A stretch of DNA of 64,000 bases, from positions 4,736-68,735 of the forward strand of contig CACGMO010000005.1 in NCBI GenBank assembly GCA_902574225.1, in the 5' to 3' direction. Positions 47,976-56,868 of this stretch are shown piece after piece; within the stretch, counting starts at the first letter, position 1, and each line of letters starts with the position of its first letter. Source of the DNA: an uncultured Alphaproteobacteria bacterium. GTDB taxonomy: Bacteria; Pseudomonadota; Alphaproteobacteria; Rhodobacterales; Rhodobacteraceae. The position numbers were made by a program, and so were the translations under genes. The notes below the pieces were generated by a model. That model was given only the letters and a program-made list of their open reading frames with translations. It made no database searches and had not been told where the DNA came from.

Positions 47976-48201
47976 GATTGATATAGAAGTTGTAGAATAC
48001 GCTATTTTTGAGTCACTCAAAAAAGAACACTTAAAAGATGTAAATTTTATTTCTTTAGAATTACATTACATCGGTGTCACTAACGCTATGAAGAGTTTTA
48101 AATCGAAACTCTATTCTTTTGGAAATAGATTTCTTGTAAAACCAGATAGCTGGGGACGATCTGGTTTAGGACAATTATGGGCAAGAAAGGACGATTGTTG
48201 A
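47968..48201 (+). pseudogene. Possible remnant of an FkbM-family methyltransferase (C-terminal fragment only, 77 codons)
   Basis: MIKIDIEVVEYAIFESLKKEHLKDVNFISLELH resembles the FkbM C-terminal block (LKIDIEGAE..VL.G....I..I.IE.H). There is no SAM-binding N-domain. It overlaps the hldE stop and the next gene's start. Confidence 0.35.
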
Positions 48202-49103
48202 AAATCCTTGTTACAGGTGCAAGTGGCTTTTTAGGGCAAGCATTTGTTGAAAAAGCAAAGTTGAAAAACCTTGATATTTTTGCTCCTTCATCAAAGGATT
48301 TGAATTTACTGCATCCAATAAGACCTGATATGATAGGAAAAAAATTTGATGTTATAATACATTTCGCCAGTTGGACAAGAGCAGGAGATTTTTGTAGAAC
48401 ACATAAATTAGAACAATGGCTTGTGAATGAAAAAATAAATCTAAATATTATTGATTATTGGGTTAATTATCAGAGGGAAGCGCATCTTATAAGTTTTGGG
48501 ACTAGTGTTTGCTACAACGATGATGACACGGTAAAATTGGAAAAAAATTATTTAAAAAATGACCCTATTGATGATTATTATGGTTACTCTACAACAAAAA
48601 GATCACTTATTTATGGTATCAAATGTGCCTCTCAGCAGTTTTCTTTAAGTTTTTCTCACTATGTGCCATCAACCATATATGGACCAGGCTATCATCTTGA
48701 TGGACGCCAGATGCACTTTGTTTATGATATAATACGTAAATTAGTGATTGCTAAGAAAGAAAATCGCGAAGTTGTTTTGTGGGGCAATGGATATCAGGAG
48801 CGAGAACTTATCTTTATCGATGATGTAACAGATATTCTTTTCAGGTCGTTGTCAAGTCCGACCAATCAAATCATTAATTTGTCTTCTGGGAGAGGCTTTA
48901 CAATCCGAGAGCTAGCCAATTCAATTTGTGAAATTATTAATTTCCCTCCCTCAGATATTAGCTATGATACTGACGCCTTTACTGGATTTAAATCAAAAAT
49001 ACTGTCAAATACAATTCTTGACGATATCTTTCCTGATCGGAAAAAAACTGATCTAGTATCTGGTTTGCGTCCCACTATAAAGTGGGTGAGTGAGAACTTT
49101 TAG
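48177..49103 (+). CDS. GDP-4-keto-6-deoxy-sugar epimerase/reductase family protein (GDP-L-fucose synthase-like SDR)
   Basis: ILVTGASGFLG, SSKDLNLLHP, YGYSTTK, VVLWGNGYQERELIFIDDV parallel E. coli Fcl/WcaG blocks. 308 aa. Confidence 0.75.
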   Translation: MGKKGRLLKILVTGASGFLGQAFVEKAKLKNLDIFAPSSKDLNLLHPIRPDMIGKKFDVIIHFASWTRAGDFCRTHKLEQWLVNEKINLNIIDYWVNYQREAHLISFGTSVCYNDDDTVKLEKNYLKNDPIDDYYGYSTTKRSLIYGIKCASQQFSLSFSHYVPSTIYGPGYHLDGRQMHFVYDIIRKLVIAKKENREVVLWGNGYQERELIFIDDVTDILFRSLSSPTNQIINLSSGRGFTIRELANSICEIINFPPSDISYDTDAFTGFKSKILSNTILDDIFPDRKKTDLVSGLRPTIKWVSENF

Positions 49104-49119
49104 ATGAGAGGATTTAGTT

Positions 49120-49689
49120 ATGTTTTACAAAGATCATAGTTGGAGTGAATTTGCTAAAAGTTATTTAAGAACATTTGGCCAAGAAGTACCAATTTATCAA
49201 CCTGCGGTCTTCAGAGAATTTAGGGGTGAAATTTTTACAACTTTTCATGACAAATATCATCCAGCAATGTCCAAAATTGGAAAAACAGATAATACTCATG
49301 TAAGATTTTCTAACTCTCGAGCTGGCGTTTTACGGGGATTACATTATGACTTTTCAACTTGGAAACTTGTTCAAGCTCTTGTAGGAGAGATATACCTCGT
49401 TGTCTTAGATATGCGAAAAAAGTCGGCAACCTACGGAAAATGGGAACACTACTTGCTGTCAAACAAAACGCGGGATCAAGTGCTTATTCCTCCAGGGTTT
49501 GCAAACGGTCACTTAGCCCTGGAGGAATGTATCTTTCACTATATTCTATTCTACAAGGGCAAATATACCGATGAGAAAAAACAAGGTGTGGTCGCTTACA
49601 ATGATCCACGTTACTCTATCCAGTGGCCTGATACAAATTTCATAGTTCAAGAAAGAGATAAGACAACATCCGAAATCAATAACAGCTAG
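49120..49689 (+). CDS. RmlC-like cupin sugar-nucleotide 3,5-epimerase
   Basis: FRGEIFTTF, RGLHYD, KLVQALVGEIYLVVLDMRK, IPPGFANGH match the dTDP-4-dehydrorhamnose 3,5-epimerase fold family. 189 aa. Confidence 0.8.
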   Translation: MFYKDHSWSEFAKSYLRTFGQEVPIYQPAVFREFRGEIFTTFHDKYHPAMSKIGKTDNTHVRFSNSRAGVLRGLHYDFSTWKLVQALVGEIYLVVLDMRKKSATYGKWEHYLLSNKTRDQVLIPPGFANGHLALEECIFHYILFYKGKYTDEKKQGVVAYNDPRYSIQWPDTNFIVQERDKTTSEINNS

Positions 49690-49722
49690 TATTCTAAAAA
49701 GAGTAATAAGGAAAAATTTGAT

Positions 49723-50676
49723 ATGAAAATACTAATTACCGGTGGAAATGGATTCCTAGGAAAGAGATTGGGAAAAGCACTGCACGATCGAAAGCATCAG
49801 GTGACATTAGCATCCCGTAACAATAAAAATAATCTTCTTGCTTCACAAATGACGGGATGTCAGGTCTTGGCGATGGATATCACTTCAATAGAATCTGTTA
49901 GGGATATAGTGAACCAAACTGAACCAGATTTAATAATTCACGGAGCGGCAACAAAATTTGTTGACATAGCTGAGAAACAACCCCTGGAAACAATTGATGT
50001 TAACGTAATTGGGTCTCAAAATATTGCAAGAGTAGCAATTGACAAAGGTATATCTTCTGTCATCGGAATATCAACTGACAAGGCGTCGCCTCCGGTACGG
50101 AACATATACGGGATGTCCAAATCTTTAATGGAACGTTTATATTGTGGGCTTAATGGGAGAGGAGGTGTTCAGTTTGCCTGCGTACGATACGGAAACGTAG
50201 CATGGTCAACCGGTTCAGTATTAAGTATATGGAGAAAAATGGTAAAGGAAAAGATGGAGATTGGGACTACGGGACCCGAAATGTATAGATATTTTTTTAC
50301 CGTTAATGAAGCAGTTGATCTGGTAATTACTGCAATTGAGAATATACATGAGATAGCTGGAAAAGTTCTAAGTCGTGAAATGAAAGCAGCACAGCTCAAA
50401 GATATAATTTCTGTTTGGATGGAGTCTGACAAAAGAATTTCTGTGAAGAGTTTGCCTGAAAGGCCTGGGGAAAGAATAGAAGAATACTTAATCGGTGAAG
50501 AAGAGCTTTCAAAAACATATTCTAAAAGATTTAATGGAATTGAACACTATATTTTTAATTTCAACACTGACGTTGAGAACCCTGTTCAGGAAGTACACAC
50601 TTCAAGAACTGCAATCAAATTAACTAATGAAGAAATTTTAAATATAATAAATAACCCTCCCACAGAAGAACTATAA
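49723..50676 (+). CDS. Polysacc_synt_2 (CapD/PseB/FlaA1-like) nucleotide-sugar 4,6-dehydratase
   Basis: ILITGGNGFLGKRL, STDKASPPVRNIYGMSKSLMERL, VRYGNVAWSTGSV parallel H. pylori FlaA1/PseB blocks. 317 aa. Confidence 0.75.
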   Translation: MKILITGGNGFLGKRLGKALHDRKHQVTLASRNNKNNLLASQMTGCQVLAMDITSIESVRDIVNQTEPDLIIHGAATKFVDIAEKQPLETIDVNVIGSQNIARVAIDKGISSVIGISTDKASPPVRNIYGMSKSLMERLYCGLNGRGGVQFACVRYGNVAWSTGSVLSIWRKMVKEKMEIGTTGPEMYRYFFTVNEAVDLVITAIENIHEIAGKVLSREMKAAQLKDIISVWMESDKRISVKSLPERPGERIEEYLIGEEELSKTYSKRFNGIEHYIFNFNTDVENPVQEVHTSRTAIKLTNEEILNIINNPPTEEL

Positions 50677-51341
50677 TGTTCAAAAATGCTTTAATTATGG
50701 CAGCAGGTAGAGGTAATCGTATGAGACCTCTTACAGATGTGACTCCGAAAGCACTTGCACCACTAAAGGGTAGCACTCTGATTGAGCAAACTATCGATAA
50801 ACTACATAAAGAAGGTATTTCAACACACGTTACGGTTGGGTATCTTGGAAATATAATTGCCGAGACTCTAATTAGAAAAAACATAGTTTCTTCCATAATC
50901 AATACTGATGGATACGATAACGGATGGTGGATTTTCAACACACTTATTAGTAAAATCAATGAACCAATACTCGTTATGACCTGCGATAATGTTACGGACC
51001 TAGATCTAGATTTCATGCAGAGTGAATATAGCAGATTGAACGCACCTGCATGTATGTTAGTTGGTGTTGAACCAATAATAGGAGTAGAAGGTGACCTAAT
51101 AGAGCATAAAGATAATTTGGTTACAAATATTTCTCGTAATAATTCTGGGAAGACATATGCTTCAGGAATACAAGTTATTAATCCTGTTTCTTGTAACATG
51201 CTTATTAAGAATTCAGAAAATTTTTCATTGATTTGGTCGCAATTAATTGAAAAAAACCAATTATATGTGACAAATATTTATAAAAGGTCTTGGTTCTCAA
51301 TTGATACACTAGACCAATTGGTCAAACGTAATGAAGAGTAA
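50676..51341 (+). CDS. Sugar-phosphate nucleotidyltransferase (specificity unknown)
   Basis: IMAAGRGNRMRPLTDVTPKALAPL G-rich NTP-transferase motif. 221 aa. TAATG overlap with the upstream gene. Confidence 0.75.
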   Translation: MFKNALIMAAGRGNRMRPLTDVTPKALAPLKGSTLIEQTIDKLHKEGISTHVTVGYLGNIIAETLIRKNIVSSIINTDGYDNGWWIFNTLISKINEPILVMTCDNVTDLDLDFMQSEYSRLNAPACMLVGVEPIIGVEGDLIEHKDNLVTNISRNNSGKTYASGIQVINPVSCNMLIKNSENFSLIWSQLIEKNQLYVTNIYKRSWFSIDTLDQLVKRNEE

Positions 51342-52491
51342 CAATCTAGTTATTATAAGTGAACAAGCCTATCAACAAATTAACCGTAAAATATACGATC
51401 TTCTTAAAAAGAAGGTTCTAAAATTGAAAATAGTAATTCCATATGACTCGTCTATGGCCCCACCATCTAAACTAGAATCTATGTACATACCTCGCCCAAT
51501 AAAGAATTATCACCCACGAAAAAGCTTTAGCTTGTTACCAAAAAAAAATTTCTTATTGAATTCAAAGGTTGACTCCATTTTGTTAGAAAGTGATTTTCAT
51601 ACGCTGACATGTCTGCAAGTGCTTTTTTTTAAAGTATTATTAAAAAGAAAATATAAAGTGTCTTTACTTACATTTGAAAATATAAAGAAAGACTATCTCT
51701 TACTTGCTGTTGATGATCTTAGAAATTTTAAGTTAAAGAGAAGTACGCTACATTACTTCATGTATCTTATGGAAAGGTTTCTAGGAAGGTATATTGACAA
51801 TATTTTTACAGTCTCAAAAGACAGTACATTAATCTATAAACAAAAGTTTAAGCTTTCAAAAATTTGTCAAATTCCATTAGGTATAGACAGTGATCGATTT
51901 AATATGAAGAACCGTCAGAAAACTCATGGATTAGTAACGCTAGCATATATGGGCAGAGTAATTAAAGAAAAAAACCCACACTTAGTGCTAGATGCGTTTG
52001 AACGGCTATCAGCAGATTTCAAAAATATTTGTTTGATATTTCAAGACCCAATTCGATATGATAGTGATTACGCTAAATGCATTGAAAAAAAATTAAACAA
52101 ATTAAAGCAAAAAGGATTAGCAATTAAAGTAGTTAATCCCTCCCATATAGAAATGCCACACCACCTAAAGCAAGTTGATATTTTGATTACACCCTCTACA
52201 GAAACAGAGCTATTCAAGGAACAATATGGCCGAATTATTGTAGAAGGTAAGCTTTGCGGTGCTATTGTGCTAAGTAGTTACTCAGGTGCATTTCCAGAAA
52301 TAAATGGCTTTTACGATCAACTGTTTAAACCAACACCCAAAGACCTCTATAATAGAGTGAAAGAATTTATAAAGCTGAAAATTAACAACCCAGATAAATT
52401 TGCAGCACGGATTGAGAAGTCCTACAAACATGCTGTAAGCAAACAAACGTTAAAACCTCAGCTAATAAGATACATTGAAAATTTAGTATAA
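51331..52491 (+). CDS. Glycosyltransferase, GT-B fold (GT4-like)
   Basis: C-terminal E-x7-E region (TPSTETELFKEQYGRIIVEGKLCGAIVLSS). 386 aa. Confidence 0.7.
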   Translation: MKSNNLVIISEQAYQQINRKIYDLLKKKVLKLKIVIPYDSSMAPPSKLESMYIPRPIKNYHPRKSFSLLPKKNFLLNSKVDSILLESDFHTLTCLQVLFFKVLLKRKYKVSLLTFENIKKDYLLLAVDDLRNFKLKRSTLHYFMYLMERFLGRYIDNIFTVSKDSTLIYKQKFKLSKICQIPLGIDSDRFNMKNRQKTHGLVTLAYMGRVIKEKNPHLVLDAFERLSADFKNICLIFQDPIRYDSDYAKCIEKKLNKLKQKGLAIKVVNPSHIEMPHHLKQVDILITPSTETELFKEQYGRIIVEGKLCGAIVLSSYSGAFPEINGFYDQLFKPTPKDLYNRVKEFIKLKINNPDKFAARIEKSYKHAVSKQTLKPQLIRYIENLV

Positions 52492-52684
52492 ATTTAACGT
52501 AGGTGTTTTGAGCAAATAAGGTAAAGGATTATCACTATGAGATTTTTGAGCCAATAGAAAGTTGGTAATAGCTTATTAGAAATAGAATAATACCTAAATT
52601 AAGTAAAACAATTAGGTCTCGGTATCAGTAGGAAATTGGTTTCGCAAAAAGAATAGTTAGATTCAACACTGGGAGTAATATCAC

Positions 52685-53776
52685 ATGGTTAAGAAAAGTG
52701 ATACATTCGAATATAGAATAGAAACAAATCAGAAGGTTATTCCGAAATTAGATCAATTTAATAAGATCGGCACAAAAAACTGGAAAAAAGAGTACTTTAA
52801 TTCAGCTTTTCCGGATAGTTTTCTTGTGACGGCTCGAAATCCTGATGGCGAAATAGTAGGCACTCAAGGTTTCATGTCATTTTATTTAAATAACTTTGGT
52901 CAAAAAGCCTTAGTTCATAAAAGTGAAAGAACTTTGTTATCGCCAGAATGTCGAGGAAAGGGTGTTTTCAAACGCCAAGTAGAGATTGGCAAGAACCACC
53001 TCATTAATCAAGGTAGTTTATTTTGTTTTGGTTGCAGTGACGCAAGAAAAGCTTTTTCAGCCGCGGGTTTTGATGTGTATTATCCCTATCGCTTTCATGA
53101 AATTTACTCAATCTCGTTGTTTTGGAGCGTTATTAAATGTCTGAGATACACTGTGGGCTATCTTGTTAAAGATCTAAAACGTCTTTATAAAAAGCAGCTT
53201 AATATAGATGATCTATATAAGTACATCCTTTTGATGCACGTAATAGCTTGTTTCAAAAAACGGTTGGATGTAAAAAACAAAATCACAAAGACTTTAAAAA
53301 CAAAAAATAAAAGTTTTAGATTCAAGAAATTTTCTTTAACAGATAAAAGTTTTACCAAAGGACTTGTATCAAAATTCAATAAAAGAAATGATGGTATTTA
53401 TTTATGGCTTGACGAAGAACTTTTTTCAAGGCTTGCAGAGAACTTTCCCTTTTTCTATCATATTTCACTGCAAATTGAAGATATAACATGTGAATTGGTA
53501 CTGGAAAAAATTGACAATGGTTACTTCAAGATAGTAGCGTGCTCTGACTACAAAATTTACTATAAACTCATCGAAATGTTTAATTATGAACTGAAAGAAA
53601 ACGGAATTTGTGAATTGATGACAATTAGGAATAAAGAATGCGTAAGTGTGAAAGAAAATTGCTCTAATCATAAGAATTTTACTAGGCATAGTGGTTTTGG
53701 AACTTTTTTTCTGATAGAGAACAGCCCTTTGAAGCTTCGAGACCTAGAAGTTGAGGAAATATGGCTTCTATTATAA
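52685..53776 (+). CDS. Hypothetical protein with GNAT-like acyltransferase N-domain
   Basis: GEIVGTQGF...LLSPECRGKGVFKRQVE resembles GNAT motif A (R/QxxGxG/A). The remaining about 200 aa are unassigned. Confidence 0.4.
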   Translation: MVKKSDTFEYRIETNQKVIPKLDQFNKIGTKNWKKEYFNSAFPDSFLVTARNPDGEIVGTQGFMSFYLNNFGQKALVHKSERTLLSPECRGKGVFKRQVEIGKNHLINQGSLFCFGCSDARKAFSAAGFDVYYPYRFHEIYSISLFWSVIKCLRYTVGYLVKDLKRLYKKQLNIDDLYKYILLMHVIACFKKRLDVKNKITKTLKTKNKSFRFKKFSLTDKSFTKGLVSKFNKRNDGIYLWLDEELFSRLAENFPFFYHISLQIEDITCELVLEKIDNGYFKIVACSDYKIYYKLIEMFNYELKENGICELMTIRNKECVSVKENCSNHKNFTRHSGFGTFFLIENSPLKLRDLEVEEIWLLL

Positions 53777-54537
53777 TAAATTGTGATGATTTTGGTCTTG
53801 ATAAAGAAACAAACAAAAATATATCCACCTTGTTCCAAGAAGGATCAATAAGTAGTTGTAGCTGCTTAGTCAATTTTCCCGATTTTGACCACGCTGTAGA
53901 GTTAGCTAAAAAATTTAATTTTTCTGACAAAATTGGGCTACATTTCAATATAACTGAGGGATCCCCACTAAGCAAAGCAATATTAAATAGTGCACGACTT
54001 TGTGATGGAGAAGTATTTGTAAAAAGCTTTAGAAAAAATAAAGTTTTGAACCTTGGATCTTATGAAGTTGCTATGAACTTTCTATCAAAAGAGGATTTGT
54101 CAATGATTAAAGAAGAATTTCACGCTCAAGTGGAGAAATTTATTTCCTCGTTTGGAATGTTGCCATCGCACGTAGATAGCCATCATGGAAGTCATCACGA
54201 CGCTATGCTGTTTGTGTTTATTTGTTCTTGGTGCAGTGAACTTAGTATAAATGCGGTTAGACCTCAGTTTAATTTAAAAAAAACAAATTTTATCATTAAA
54301 TTAGTAAAGACCACGTTAAATATATATGCCAAGATAAGATTAAAGAACCAGGTAGACTTCTTTGGCGATTTAGAGGATATCAAAAATTGTGATCTAGCTA
54401 CAAATGCGAGCGTGGAACTAATGGTTCATGCTCTAACCAATAAAAAAGGTGAAATCTGTGATCTTGACCTGTCAAACTTGAAGAAAAAAATACTAACGGT
54501 AATGTCCTTAGATCATCACCTGACTGGGTATCGCTAA
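53761..54537 (+). CDS. YdjC/ChbG-family carbohydrate deacetylase
   Basis: IIINCDDFGLDKETNKNI and HVDSHHGSHH metal-site motifs. 258 aa. Confidence 0.8.
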   Translation: MASIIINCDDFGLDKETNKNISTLFQEGSISSCSCLVNFPDFDHAVELAKKFNFSDKIGLHFNITEGSPLSKAILNSARLCDGEVFVKSFRKNKVLNLGSYEVAMNFLSKEDLSMIKEEFHAQVEKFISSFGMLPSHVDSHHGSHHDAMLFVFICSWCSELSINAVRPQFNLKKTNFIIKLVKTTLNIYAKIRLKNQVDFFGDLEDIKNCDLATNASVELMVHALTNKKGEICDLDLSNLKKKILTVMSLDHHLTGYR

Positions 54538-54622
54538 ACAATGATTAGATATATTGAAGCCTCAAAGGTCTTACTCATAATCTTCAGACAGAAAAGTGCC
54601 TCTATTAAATTGTTAAACTGAA

Positions 54623-55711
54623 ATGCTTATAGTAACTTATGAACACGGATTAATATCAAAGTCATTTGGTGGAGGACAAAGAATTTTGATAGAACTTCTA
54701 ACCGAATTTCTTAAAAATAGCGACGTGATTTTAATAACTCAAGGGCATAAAGATGATAAACTTCCGCTACAACTTTGCGACATTAGAAATTTAAAAATTA
54801 AATATGTCAAACGCTCAGAAAATGCTGTTTTGAGTGGAATAAGAGTATTCTTAGCCGCGGTACCGGAAATATTTAAGTATACTGACGTGAGAGTGATTTC
54901 ATTTACTTCGGAATTATTTTGGATATCATCTCTCAGAGTTTTTAAAAAATTTACTATTAGCGCTTATTTAGCAGCACCCGATTTGAATGGTTTTGAACAA
55001 AAATCAGTAGTGTCACGCTTAAAAATACTTCGTAAAAGATTGGAGCTTTATCTTTTTTTAAAAGGCTTCAAAAGATCTAATAAAAAAGTTGCGATTGGCA
55101 ACCAAATAAGAACCCAGGCACAATCAATTTTGAAAATTAATGATATCAAAACTATTTTTCCTGGGGTAAGAGATCTTAAACTTAAAAACCGTTATGGGCT
55201 CCAATCAAAGCACTTGTCTTTCATTTATATAGGAAGATTGGAATTAAATCAAAAACCGTTAACTGAGTTCCTTGACTGTTTATCAACAGCAGATTTTAAT
55301 TGGAAAATGGTTCATATCATCGGTGATGGACCCGACTATAATTACCTGAGAAATAAATACAAAAGTAATAAATTTTTATTTCATGGTTCTCTCCCAATTG
55401 ATGCTATTTCACATATTATTGATGATTGTGATCTTGCTGTCTTACCTTCTAAGAATGAAAGCTTCATGCTCACCGCTTATGAAATGGTAAAAATGGGGTT
55501 ACCCGTTGTATGTAATGATGTAGCCGACCTTTCAAGTAATCTTGGTCACCTATCCACGGTTAGCATTATTCCAAACAAAAAAAGCGAGTACTTAAACCTT
55601 TTCAAAAAAATAGATAAAAAGAGATATACATCCAAAGAATGTCTTACTTCGGCGCGTTATGTCTCAAAAAATTTTTCATGGGCCAAACTTGCGCAAACAC
55701 TTAAAGACTAA
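54623..55711 (+). CDS. Glycosyltransferase, GT-B fold (GT4-like)
   Basis: IIGDGPDYNYL, LPSKNESFMLTAYEMVKMGLPVVCNDV (E-x7-E). 362 aa. Confidence 0.75.
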   Translation: MLIVTYEHGLISKSFGGGQRILIELLTEFLKNSDVILITQGHKDDKLPLQLCDIRNLKIKYVKRSENAVLSGIRVFLAAVPEIFKYTDVRVISFTSELFWISSLRVFKKFTISAYLAAPDLNGFEQKSVVSRLKILRKRLELYLFLKGFKRSNKKVAIGNQIRTQAQSILKINDIKTIFPGVRDLKLKNRYGLQSKHLSFIYIGRLELNQKPLTEFLDCLSTADFNWKMVHIIGDGPDYNYLRNKYKSNKFLFHGSLPIDAISHIIDDCDLAVLPSKNESFMLTAYEMVKMGLPVVCNDVADLSSNLGHLSTVSIIPNKKSEYLNLFKKIDKKRYTSKECLTSARYVSKNFSWAKLAQTLKD

Positions 55712-56867
55712 TTCTTTCTACTATCTTGAACCAGATCTTAAGAATGCGGGAGGACATACATACATATCGTGTAAACTAATTTTGGAAGAACTAAAATCTA
55801 GAAAAAAATTTCATAATATTAACTTACTGATTCCTGATGACTGCCCAGATGAAATAAAAAAAGAACTATCAGGAACCGTAGCATTTTTTAAAAGACCAAA
55901 TTTTCATCAAGGATATGTGAAAAGATTAATCCATGACTTATTGGTCATAAAATTTATATATCGAGGAATTTACTCCTTAAATAATATTTTAAAAAATGGA
56001 GATGTAATTTATCTAAATACTGCAATGTGGATGCACTTGTTTGCAATTATTATATTTAAAGCTTTAAATAGGAACGATATCAAATTCGTAGCAACGTTAA
56101 GATTATCCATTGAATTTGATGGTAAAAGTTCAAAACGAGCTTTTTTGCAAGATTTTACATTCATGCTTCTTAGATTGATGAAAATTAATATTGTATTTGT
56201 AACCGATTCAAATCTTCTTAAAAGAGAATATGAAGAAAGATATAACATTGACGTAAAAACGCTTCCCATTCCTCATATTCCTAAAAAAAATACATATCTA
56301 AAATCTAACAATATAACTGTATCTTCATTAGGTCCAGCACGTGGATACAAAGGCAGTCTAAAATTATTGCAAGCTTTAAGGATTCTTGATAAGCGGAAAT
56401 TTAAGAACAAAGAAAGGCTTTTTATAGTATTTCATATATTTGGTGAAATTCAGAACTATCTGCAGAGTGAGCTCGAAACTATAAATTCAATTCAAATAAA
56501 AGCTTTAAACCTTCCTCGTTCACTTCATGAATATGAATTAGATTTGAATATGTCAGATATAATTTTCTGTGCATATGATAAAAAAATGTACGCAAAAAAT
56601 ACATCTGGTATATTTTTTGAAGCCTGTGCCTTAAATAAAATTCCATTAATTTCAGCAAATACTTGGGCAGCCACTATTAATGAGAAGTATAATTGCGCTA
56701 GAGTAGTGGCTTATAGTGCTGAACGCATTGCAGAAGAGATCCAGACGCTTTGTACTTTGAGTTTAAAAAATATTAAACGAGAGTTGTGCAATGGGCAGAG
56801 GAAGTTTGTAAGCGCACACGGTTGTGAAAAATATTGCTCCATGTTGTTACTTGCGTTGGAAGACTAA
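55659..56867 (+). CDS. Putative glycosyltransferase (divergent GT-B)
   Basis: C-terminal TSGIFFEACALNKIPLISAN resembles the GT-B donor-binding helix. The 53-nt overlap with the upstream gene suggests the real start is further downstream. Confidence 0.45.
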   Translation: MSQKIFHGPNLRKHLKTNSFYYLEPDLKNAGGHTYISCKLILEELKSRKKFHNINLLIPDDCPDEIKKELSGTVAFFKRPNFHQGYVKRLIHDLLVIKFIYRGIYSLNNILKNGDVIYLNTAMWMHLFAIIIFKALNRNDIKFVATLRLSIEFDGKSSKRAFLQDFTFMLLRLMKINIVFVTDSNLLKREYEERYNIDVKTLPIPHIPKKNTYLKSNNITVSSLGPARGYKGSLKLLQALRILDKRKFKNKERLFIVFHIFGEIQNYLQSELETINSIQIKALNLPRSLHEYELDLNMSDIIFCAYDKKMYAKNTSGIFFEACALNKIPLISANTWAATINEKYNCARVVAYSAERIAEEIQTLCTLSLKNIKRELCNGQRKFVSAHGCEKYCSMLLLALED

Positions 56868-56868
56868 T

